Source: Candidatus Rifleibacteriota bacterium
GTDB taxonomy: Bacteria > Muiribacteriota > Ozemobacteria > Ozemobacterales > Ozemobacteraceae
Length of the DNA: 29,792 nucleotides
Direction: 5' to 3'
Assembly: GCA_051747585.1 (NCBI GenBank)
Contig: JBNJGH010000038.1
Coordinates: 1 to 29,792, forward strand
Part shown: one piece after another, positions 17,705 through 25,435 of the stretch
How the letters are laid out: each line of letters starts with the position of its first letter
Numbering within the stretch: position 1 is the stretch's first letter
The notes under the pieces: model-generated
The model's input: the letters and a program-made list of their open reading frames with translations, nothing else
Told to the model about the DNA's origin: nothing
The model's database searches: none
Position numbers and translations under genes: made by a program

Positions 17705-17740
17705 GGTTGAGGATCCTCCTCGACACAAATTTAATTCAAA

Positions 17741-17770
17741 AATATAGCACAGGTTAACTTTAACCTGCAA
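17741..17770 (-). promoter_or_regulatory. Sigma70-like promoter of the cpaB unit with an overlapping inverted repeat
   Basis: TTGCAG-18 nt-TATATT with extended -10 TGn; perfect inverted repeat CAGGTTAA-CT-TTAACCTG at 17750-17767. Confidence 0.55.
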
Positions 17771-17855
17771 GGACGATCTCTTTAGTCGACAATAGATTGG
17801 GATTGCTTTATGAATTTTGTGAAAATGTACAGTTACTTATTGTTGGTTTAATAGG

Positions 17856-18419
17856 CTATAAGCTGAGGCTAAAACTGTAGAAAACCGCTATGATAGTTGC
17901 TAAAAATATATCGACCCCCAAAAGAAATCTGACCTTTTTATTTTTTTGATTAAGACAAAGATTCTCTTTTTGTATTGTTTTGTCAAGGAAAGATTTTGTC
18001 GAAAAACTTGTTAGCAACATGGAAAGCGCATTTCTGCGATAATTGATAAATTGGACAATCAAGGCGTGGGGAATTCCCAAAATTGAAGTGTACAAAAACA
18101 CTGAGATTACAAAGTTTGTACCGCAAAGAGAGCCAATAGCTGCCATGAGTTTAACATCACCCATTCCTACGATCCCCAAAGCAGCGGGGATGAAATAAAG
18201 AGCAATGCCAATTAGAGTAGCGGCAAAACTGTAAGCAAAACCAGATAGACCAAAAAAAATCAAGCTGATTGCCCAGCCAGCTAAAATCATGGGAAAAGTC
18301 AGCCAGTTATAAATTTTGCCTTTGATCATATCGGTCAGCATTGCAATAAAAGCAATTGTTACTGCAAGAAGCTGTGCGATATATTCGGGTTTGGCTGTCA
18401 GGTTTTCAAGATTTAACAT
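17856..18419 (-). CDS. cpaA: TadV/CpaA prepilin peptidase (A24 family)
   Basis: TDMIKGKIYNWLT and GMGDVKLMAAIG aspartate motifs, multiple TM segments. Start is ATG 18419 or TTG 18425. Confidence 0.92.
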   Translation of the reverse strand: MLNLENLTAKPEYIAQLLAVTIAFIAMLTDMIKGKIYNWLTFPMILAGWAISLIFFGLSGFAYSFAATLIGIALYFIPAALGIVGMGDVKLMAAIGSLCGTNFVISVFLYTSILGIPHALIVQFINYRRNALSMLLTSFSTKSFLDKTIQKENLCLNQKNKKVRFLLGVDIFLATIIAVFYSFSLSL

Positions 18420-20373
18420 ATCCAAAAATCTTAGCGTTAATTGATTTTAACAGCTTTCGGGAAGCTTTAAGGTCTTTTTTGGAATCTTTTTCGTTGTGCA
18501 TAAATACCATTGCTCCACTCTGTCCAGCCATTATTCCAGTATCAGGATATTCCAGCAGTGGTGCTGTGTCAATTAAAATAACTTCGACTCTTCTCTTCAG
18601 TTCCGACAGTATTTCTATCATTTCGGGCGAGCCGAGAAATTCAACCGGATTCTGGGGGGCTATGCCGCTACTCATAAGATGAAGATTTTCAACGAAGGTT
18701 TTTTGTATCTGACTTGGGTGAAAACCATTTTGTAGAGCTTCTGATAGGCCTGAAATGTTTTCGAGATCAAATACTCGGTGCAAAACAGGATTTCTGAAAT
18801 TTGCATCGAGCATTAAAACTGAATAGCCGGCTTGGGCCAGAAGAATGGCACAGTTTGCCAGTAGAGTAGTTCTCCCGATTCCGGCTCTAGCAGAACCAAT
18901 AAGCACTATTCTGGTTTGTGATTCTGAAATGTTAATCTGGAGATTTGATACGAGTGATTTGTATGGAACCAGAGCAGGAGAATCGGGATTGTTTAATGCT
19001 ATTAGTCTTTCATCGAAGTTTGTTGGTTCAGCGTCTATTTCCGGTGCCGGTAAAGCTAATGGCTCGCTGGAAAGTGCCGGAACTTCAAGAATGGTTTCGA
19101 TAGATTCAATTCTCAGCTGCGGGGAAACTTGATACTGTTGGCCTACCGCGCCTGCGAGAGCTTCGCCTGAAACCGAAACTATTTCTGTTCTTACCGGTGC
19201 GGGAGAGTAGAGAAGAAAAACAGCAATCAGAACTCCGGAAAGCAAGGCGATGCAATCTCTTTGCACTGCCGAGAAACCTACTGTTGAAGGTTTGTTGGCG
19301 CTGTTCTTGAGAACGGAAATTTTGCCACTGGTTGTTGTTCGGTTAATGCGAATTTCTTCCAGGGCAAGAAGTTGTTTCTGGTGGAGGGATTCAAGGGCCC
19401 TGATTCGTTGATTTATATTATTGATTTGATTTTCTTTCAGGTTTTCCTGCGAGTTTTCATGTAATCTGGTTCTTTTGAGTTCGCCTCTTATTAGTCCCAG
19501 CTTTTCTCGGTCGCTTTCTATCTCGGCAGAAAGGGCCAGGTAGTTTTTATTTGCTTTTTCTTTGCGAACTTTTGTAATGGATTTTTTTAGTTTCTTGTTG
19601 AGTGAGCCTATTTGCGATTTGCATTTTTTAACCTTGGGGTGTTTGCTTTTATAGGTTTTAAACAAGTTGGCGAGTTCTTTTTGTGCTTTATTTAGATCTT
19701 TGGATAATTTGCGGTAGTTGTCATTTTCTTCTTCTTCATAATAAAATTTCGTTTTTGAAGTTGTTTGCAGCTTTCTACTGTTTAATTCAATTCTTTCTTC
19801 GAGTTGATGTAGCTGATCTTCAAGTTGCAGCGTCAGTTCATCAACTTTAATCGTGGTTTCGGTGGAAGCTTTAACCAGAGCGTCTCGTGCCTCTTTCAGG
19901 GCTTGTTCTAGCTGGGTGACTTTACGGCGGGCGGCTTTGATTTCAAACTCTTTTTTTTCGTCACTGTAGAGAAGGAAGTGATCTGACAGAATTTTGATTG
20001 CGGATTTTGTAATGTCGGTAAGTTCAGATGGTTCGTGATAATGGGCAGTTAATTTTACCATGCTGCTACCTGCATCAGAAAAGCTTATAACATTTTTATT
20101 TATAACTTCATCGGCTGAGAGGTTACTTTGCCTGGCAAGCTCTATCAGAACATCGTTCTGAGAAAAAATTCCATTCATTGCGGCAGCAAAATCAGAAGTT
20201 TCGGAATTTTCTGTTGTCATTACCCTTAAGAGGGCCTGACTCTGGTATTCCGCCGGAAAATAGCGGTTCAGTATTACCGAACCCAACACTGCAAGGCCAA
20301 CAATAATTGTTGCCAGCCCGGCATTTTTTCTTAAACTTCGTGAAATTCCTTCTATAAGGCTTTCCTGGATCAT
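18406..20373 (-). CDS. Wzc/GumC-like polysaccharide co-polymerase with a degenerate BY-kinase domain, 655 aa
   Basis: Start moved to ATG 20373 (AGGAGG RBS). Two TMs flank a coiled coil with YKSKHPKV; cytoplasmic CpsD/CapB-like domain with GSARAGIGRTT, LDANFRNP, ILIDTAP. Confidence 0.85.
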   Translation of the reverse strand: MIQESLIEGISRSLRKNAGLATIIVGLAVLGSVILNRYFPAEYQSQALLRVMTTENSETSDFAAAMNGIFSQNDVLIELARQSNLSADEVINKNVISFSDAGSSMVKLTAHYHEPSELTDITKSAIKILSDHFLLYSDEKKEFEIKAARRKVTQLEQALKEARDALVKASTETTIKVDELTLQLEDQLHQLEERIELNSRKLQTTSKTKFYYEEEENDNYRKLSKDLNKAQKELANLFKTYKSKHPKVKKCKSQIGSLNKKLKKSITKVRKEKANKNYLALSAEIESDREKLGLIRGELKRTRLHENSQENLKENQINNINQRIRALESLHQKQLLALEEIRINRTTTSGKISVLKNSANKPSTVGFSAVQRDCIALLSGVLIAVFLLYSPAPVRTEIVSVSGEALAGAVGQQYQVSPQLRIESIETILEVPALSSEPLALPAPEIDAEPTNFDERLIALNNPDSPALVPYKSLVSNLQINISESQTRIVLIGSARAGIGRTTLLANCAILLAQAGYSVLMLDANFRNPVLHRVFDLENISGLSEALQNGFHPSQIQKTFVENLHLMSSGIAPQNPVEFLGSPEMIEILSELKRRVEVILIDTAPLLEYPDTGIMAGQSGAMVFMHNEKDSKKDLKASRKLLKSINAKIFGYVKS

Positions 20374-20419
20374 TCTAACTGCCTCCTGCAACCGTCTGTC
20401 TATATCTTTGCTTCTCAAT

Positions 20420-20447
20420 TCATCGGCAGTTTTCTATTCATACATTA
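20420..20447 (-). promoter_or_regulatory. Sigma28 (FliA/SigD)-like promoter upstream of the wzc-like gene
   Basis: TAAT-N16-GCCGATGA on the minus strand, between the degT terminator and the RBS. Confidence 0.5.
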
Positions 20448-20462
20448 GATAAATGCTAAAAT

Positions 20463-20494
20463 AAAAAACCGGGGCTTATAAGAAAACCCCGGTT
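20463..20494 (-). terminator. Intrinsic terminator after the DegT gene
   Basis: Minus strand AACCGGGG-loop-CCCCGGTT followed by a T tract. Confidence 0.8.
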
Positions 20495-20536
20495 CGAAAT
20501 GATTTTCAGTTGAATCTTATCTGATTTTTATGCTTT

Positions 20537-21643
20537 TTACTTTTTGCTGAAATCGTTTACCGTTTTGGCAACAAATCTTATCTGTTCTTCGGTTAACTCC
20601 GGGAAAATCGGCAATGCAATGGTTGAATCGGCTGCTTTTTCTGATTCGGGAAAGTCACCTTTTTTAAAATTTAGTTCTGTAAAACACTTCTGTTGATGAA
20701 GTGGAAGAGGATAATAAATTGAACAGCCAATATCGTTATCAGCAAGGTGCTGCTTTAATTGATCGCGATTTTTAACTCGTAAGACGTATTGATTATAAAT
20801 GTGGTATCTGTCAGGTAATTCTACCGGAGTAACTATTGCCTCATTGTCTTTAAAAAGCTGATTGTAAAGCTCTGCATTTTTGCGGCGTCCTTCTGTCCAA
20901 CCGGCCAGGTGAGATAGCTTAACCGAAATCACTACAGCCTGTAAAGCATCGAGTCTCGCATTTAAACCCACTTCCTGGTGCTGATATTGGACAACTCCAC
21001 CATGCACTCTAAGACCCTTGATTCTTTCGTAAACTTCTTTATTGCTGGTTGAAACCAGACCGCCATCACCAAATCCACCTAAATTTTTGCTCGGGAAGAA
21101 GCTGAAACAGCCGCAATCACCTATAGAACCGGCATTTTTGCCTTTATATTTAGAGCCAATTGCCTGGGCTGCATCTTCGATAACTTTAAGGTTATGTTTT
21201 TTGGCTATTTCCATTACCGGGTCCATATCAACCATCTGGCCAAAAAGATGAACCGGCATAATTGCTTTGGTTTTATCGGTAATTGCTTTTTCTATCTGAT
21301 CGATGTTCATAAGGTAAGTTTCGGAATCTATGTCTACAAAAACGGGTTTGGCTCCTACCCGGTGAATCGAGCTTGCAGTTGCAAAAAAGGTATAAGGAGT
21401 AGTTATAACTTCATCTCCACAGCCAATATCAAGAGCCATTAGAGCCAGTATGAGAGCGTCAGTGCCTGATGAACAACCTATGGCGTAATTAGATCCGATA
21501 TATTCAGCCATTTCTTCTTCAAGTTTTGCGACTTTGGGGCCAAGAATAAATGCCTGATTTTCAATTACATCCATTATTTCTGGAAGCACTTTGTCTTTGA
21601 TTTGAGCATACTGGGGTTTAAGGTCTAAAAGGGGAACTTTCAT
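20537..21643 (-). CDS. DegT/DnrJ/EryC1/StrS PLP-dependent sugar aminotransferase
   Basis: SSGTDAL, IMPVHLFGQ, VIEDAAQAIG, FSFFPSKNLGGFGDGG (PLP lysine), GLNARLDALQA; GGAGG RBS. Confidence 0.95.
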   Translation of the reverse strand: MKVPLLDLKPQYAQIKDKVLPEIMDVIENQAFILGPKVAKLEEEMAEYIGSNYAIGCSSGTDALILALMALDIGCGDEVITTPYTFFATASSIHRVGAKPVFVDIDSETYLMNIDQIEKAITDKTKAIMPVHLFGQMVDMDPVMEIAKKHNLKVIEDAAQAIGSKYKGKNAGSIGDCGCFSFFPSKNLGGFGDGGLVSTSNKEVYERIKGLRVHGGVVQYQHQEVGLNARLDALQAVVISVKLSHLAGWTEGRRKNAELYNQLFKDNEAIVTPVELPDRYHIYNQYVLRVKNRDQLKQHLADNDIGCSIYYPLPLHQQKCFTELNFKKGDFPESEKAADSTIALPIFPELTEEQIRFVAKTVNDFSKK

Positions 21644-21748
21644 TACTGCCTCCGGCTAATTTAATAGTTAGTGAAAAAAATAACACTGTGAGATTATCAT
21701 CGACTAATTTGTTAGTCAAATTCAAAACTTTTAAATTCTTTATTTTAG

Positions 21749-21757
21749 TGCTATACT
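21749..21757 (+). promoter_or_regulatory. Extended -10 promoter immediately before obgE
   Basis: TGcTATACT ends 8 nt before ATG 21766; no SD sequence in between. Confidence 0.55.
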
Positions 21758-21765
21758 CGCAGCTC

Positions 21766-23049
21766 ATGAAATTTGTAGATGAAGTAACAATTGAAGTTAA
21801 TTCCGGCAAAGGCGGAGACGGTATAGTCGCTTTTCGCCGGGAAAAGTATGTCCCAATGGGCGGCCCCGCAGGTGGTGACGGTGGCCATGGTGGCGATGTT
21901 GTTTTTATTGCCAGCGATGATTTGACGACTCTTTATGATCTAAGCTTCAAACGGATACTCAAAGCAGAGAACGGCAAAAATGGCCAGAGCAAGGATATGG
22001 TTGGGGCGAATGGCAACAACCTCGAGGTTAAAGTTCCGGTGGGAACTCTGGTTTATGACAACGAAAGCGGAAAATTGTTATTTGATTTTCACGAAAAAGG
22101 TCAGAGAGAAATTGTAGTCTCAGGCGGTCGAGGTGGCCGTGGAAACGCTCGCTTTGCTTCTTCGGTCAGACGTGCCCCCAGAATCGCTGAAAAAGGTGAG
22201 CCGGGGCGGCAGTTGAAGTTGAGACTTGAATTAAAGCTGCTTGCTGATGTCGGCCTGGTTGGTCTGCCCAATGCGGGGAAATCTACCTTTTTGCGTTGCG
22301 TAAGCAATGCTCGGCCAAAAGTTGCTGATTATCCTTTTACTACTCTGGTGCCAAGCCTTGGAATTGTCAAACCCGAAAGTGCTGCTTCATTTTGTATGGC
22401 CGACATACCGGGTTTGATAGAGGGTGCGCATGAAGGCACAGGTTTAGGTATACATTTCCTTAAACACATTGAAAGAACCAGGCTTTTACTGCACCTGGTA
22501 GATATAAGCCAGCTCGATAAAGATAACCTCTTAAAAGATTATGACGTAATAATGGACGAGCTTAAATCGTTTTCATCGGATCTGGCAGAAAAACCCGTAG
22601 TTGTTGCTGCGAACAAGATGGATTTGCCCGACGCACGCGAAATTTTTCCTCAATTTGCCAGTGCGCTTGAAGAACGAGGAATTAAGGTTTTTGCCGTTTC
22701 CGGAGCGACCAGGCAGGGTGTTGATGAGCTTTTGAAGTATCTGAGTCACAGCCTGGCCGAACTAAAGCCCGAAGAAGATGTTAAAGCCAACGAAGAGGAA
22801 AAGCTTTATCAATTTCTTGCTCCGTTCGTTATTGAAGAAGCAGGACCGGGACGCTTTAAAGTTTCGGGCGGTAAAATCGAAAAACTTGTTGCTATGACTG
22901 ATTTTACCAGTGATGAAGCCATAGCCTTGTTTAAAAGAAAAATACAGAAAATGGGATTTATTGATGAACTCGCTGCTTTAGATGCAGACGATGAAGATAT
23001 AATCGATATTGGCGATATGGAATTTGAATACCGGGAGTTTTTTGATTGA
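21766..23049 (+). CDS. obgE: GTPase ObgE/CgtA with C-terminal OCT domain
   Basis: MKFVDEVTI, FRREKYVPMGGPAGGDGG, GLPNAGKST, DYPFTT, DIPG, NKMD. Start moved to 21766. Confidence 0.98.
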   Translation: MKFVDEVTIEVNSGKGGDGIVAFRREKYVPMGGPAGGDGGHGGDVVFIASDDLTTLYDLSFKRILKAENGKNGQSKDMVGANGNNLEVKVPVGTLVYDNESGKLLFDFHEKGQREIVVSGGRGGRGNARFASSVRRAPRIAEKGEPGRQLKLRLELKLLADVGLVGLPNAGKSTFLRCVSNARPKVADYPFTTLVPSLGIVKPESAASFCMADIPGLIEGAHEGTGLGIHFLKHIERTRLLLHLVDISQLDKDNLLKDYDVIMDELKSFSSDLAEKPVVVAANKMDLPDAREIFPQFASALEERGIKVFAVSGATRQGVDELLKYLSHSLAELKPEEDVKANEEEKLYQFLAPFVIEEAGPGRFKVSGGKIEKLVAMTDFTSDEAIALFKRKIQKMGFIDELAALDADDEDIIDIGDMEFEYREFFD

Positions 23050-24155
23050 AGACAGGTCTTTTTGGTGGCTCGTTTAATCCGATTCATCAGCAACACCTTC
23101 AAATTGCCAGAGCCGCAAAAGAAAATTTCAAGCTTGATTCAGTCTGGTTTGTTCCGGTTTATAATCCGGTGCACAAAAGTTCAGTTGAACTGGTTTCCTA
23201 TGATATTAGAAGAGAGTTGCTGAAAACTGCCCTTAAAAAAGAGCCCGATCTGACAATTTGCGATGTTGAAAAAGAGATGGGCGGCTTATCTTATACGGTA
23301 AGAACCATAAAATATTTAAAAAGCAGGTTTCCTGAAGAGGAGTTTTTTTTGATTATAGGTGGTGATTCCCTTTCGGAGTTGGATTCATGGCGTAATGTTG
23401 AGGAACTGGTCAATCTAACGGAGTTTATAGTAGTTGAACGCCCCGGTTTTCATCGGGAGGCTCCGGTAGAAAACGCAAAAATTCACTGGCTCGAGACATC
23501 GAAATCAGAAATTTCTTCTACTGATTTACGCAAAAGATTAAAAGCCGGCAGAGTAGCAGAATTTGATGAGCTGATCCCGGAAGTTTATTTCAAGATACTT
23601 AGAAACAACTATTATAGCGCAGCCGGCGTTTATTATTCGAACTTAATCAATGAAATTGATGAACGGCTCATTAATTTGCCGATTGGTTTAAAAGAGCATA
23701 TAGAGGCAGTGGCTTATGACTGTTTCATATATGCGCGAAATTTAAACCAGCCTTTACTGCCGGCCATAATTGCCGGCCTTTCCCATGATTTATTCAGGGC
23801 TTCATCAGATCAAGAAATCTTAGATGAAGCTTTTGACTCAGGTTTTGAATTGCTTGAAATAGAAAAAGAACTGCCAATGCTTGCCCATGGAGTGGCAGCT
23901 GCCGGATTTCTCAAACGGATCGACAAGGGAATTGACCCAGGAATTTTACAGGCTGTCAGATATCATACCAAACCCAAACCTGGTCTTGACAACCTCGGAA
24001 AAATTCTTGTGCTTGCCGATACCCTCGAGTCATCAAGAAATTTAAAGGAACGGGAAGAATTAAGACAGGCAAATATTTCATTCGAGGAAAAATTTCTTCA
24101 GGTGCTTGAAATTAAAAAAAAGCAACGCCACCAGAAAGTTTGCAAAGCAAAATAA
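23046..24155 (+). CDS. nadD: NadD nicotinate-nucleotide adenylyltransferase fused to a YqeK-like HD hydrolase
   Basis: GLFGGSFNPIHQQH, SYTVRT, IIGGDS, ISSTDLR; then EHIEAVA..LSHDL..AHGVAAA..AVRYHT..LADTLE. Confidence 0.92.
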   Translation: MKTGLFGGSFNPIHQQHLQIARAAKENFKLDSVWFVPVYNPVHKSSVELVSYDIRRELLKTALKKEPDLTICDVEKEMGGLSYTVRTIKYLKSRFPEEEFFLIIGGDSLSELDSWRNVEELVNLTEFIVVERPGFHREAPVENAKIHWLETSKSEISSTDLRKRLKAGRVAEFDELIPEVYFKILRNNYYSAAGVYYSNLINEIDERLINLPIGLKEHIEAVAYDCFIYARNLNQPLLPAIIAGLSHDLFRASSDQEILDEAFDSGFELLEIEKELPMLAHGVAAAGFLKRIDKGIDPGILQAVRYHTKPKPGLDNLGKILVLADTLESSRNLKEREELRQANISFEEKFLQVLEIKKKQRHQKVCKAK

Positions 24156-24181
24156 TTGTTTTTATTTCAGCCATTGATACA

Positions 24182-24376
24182 CAGTAATTACCCATTTATT
24201 AATATTAGCGAGTTTCAAGACATTTTTGTATTTTTTTTATGTACTAAATTTGAACATATCAAAGATTGCTTCGTCGCTACGCTCCTCGCAATGACAATTT
24301 GTGGCTGTCATTGCGAGCGAAGCGAAGCAATCTAAATGTCTTGAAACGGTTTCTACAAACAAATGGATAATTACTG
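24182..24376. mobile_element. MITE (~195 bp) with 16-bp TIRs, 9-bp TSD and an internal REP dimer
   Basis: TIRs CAGTAATTACCCATTT / AAATGGATAATTACTG (15/16). Flanks ATTGATACA (24173-24181) and ATTGAGACA (24377-24385), 8/9. Inner 14-bp perfect IR and an inverted GTCATTGCGAG..GAAGCAATCT pair. Confidence 0.8.
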
Positions 24377-24460
24377 ATTGAGACACTTAATGCTGGAGTT
24401 TAGTTAGATACTCTGGTAATATTAGTTCAAACTGGGCTGAGACATTGAATTTTAAAAGCA

Positions 24461-25435
24461 ATGAATATTCTATTTAATAAAACCAACATGAGCAAAGGGC
24501 AGCTTGTAATCGAGCTGATTTTTATTGTGGCAACCATTTTTTTGTTTCTTGGTATTGCCAACAACTGGCTTTTACGCAAAGCTGTTCCGCCTGGAGTAAG
24601 TATTACCCGTTATACAGGTGAAGATGGTAAACAACGTAGAATCGGCAATGTTAACATTCTTGTTTTGGGCGTCGATTCTGTAGAGGGCACTCATCGTTCA
24701 GACACTATCTTTGTGCTCGGAGTAAATTCTGCAAAAAGCCGGATTTCAATGCTTTCGATTCCACGTGACACCAGAGTTTTAATTAACGGAAAAGCTCGAA
24801 AAATTAATGAGATTTTGCCGAGATATGGGCAAGAAGTTTTAATTTCGTTGATCGAAGATCTTATGCAGATCAAGATTAACAGGCATGTAATGGTTGACTA
24901 TCAAGGTTTTATAAATATTATTGACCTTATTGGCGGCGTTGAATTAAATATTGAAAAGCCCATGCACTATGATGATAACTGGGGAAATCTTCATATACAC
25001 TTTGAACCGGGAATAAATAAATTAGATGGTAGAGACGCTCTAAATTATGTTCGTTACAGGGAAGAAATCCAGGCCGATCTTGGTAGAATTAAAAGGCAGC
25101 AGAAGTTTATCAAAACGGTTGTTAAAAAGTTTTCCCAGCCATCGGTATTCATCAAGTTGCCAACTATAGTCAATGAAATTTTTGCTCATATAGAAACGGA
25201 TTTCTCGTTGAGAGAGCTGGTATCAATTGCCAGTAGTTTTTCCAGTTTCAATATCAAGTTTGAAAATACTTCTTTGCCGGGTGAACCGAGATATATAGAT
25301 AAAATCAGCTATTTTTTACCTTATCGCGATAAATCAATTGAAATTGGTAACAGTCATTTCGCCGACCTGGCCGCATTTGAGCTGGTTGCCAGTTTTTCGT
25401 CCGAATTAGCCTCAGGAACAAGCAATGAAAACTGA
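24461..25435 (+). CDS. LCP (LytR-CpsA-Psr) family glycopolymer transferase
   Basis: N-terminal TM, NILVLGVD, RSDTI, LSIPRDT, IDLIGGV, ALNYVRYR, DLGRIKRQQKF. Confidence 0.95.
   Translation: MNILFNKTNMSKGQLVIELIFIVATIFLFLGIANNWLLRKAVPPGVSITRYTGEDGKQRRIGNVNILVLGVDSVEGTHRSDTIFVLGVNSAKSRISMLSIPRDTRVLINGKARKINEILPRYGQEVLISLIEDLMQIKINRHVMVDYQGFINIIDLIGGVELNIEKPMHYDDNWGNLHIHFEPGINKLDGRDALNYVRYREEIQADLGRIKRQQKFIKTVVKKFSQPSVFIKLPTIVNEIFAHIETDFSLRELVSIASSFSSFNIKFENTSLPGEPRYIDKISYFLPYRDKSIEIGNSHFADLAAFELVASFSSELASGTSNEN

Noticed and set aside
18400..18430. Frameshifted Wzc-TadV fusion
   Set aside because: tadV has its own ATG, short overlaps are common in operons, and no convincing slippery site is present.
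20537..21643. DegT aminotransferase as part of the pilus operon (pilin glycosylation)
   Set aside because: A clear terminator at 20463-20494 separates it from the wzc-like gene and no glycosyltransferases are nearby. A functional link is possible but unsupported.
2419..21765. Longer ORF-track starts for ridA, tadE, lipoprotein, cpaB, wzc-like and obgE
   Set aside because: Downstream starts fit RBS position, signal peptides or family N-termini better.
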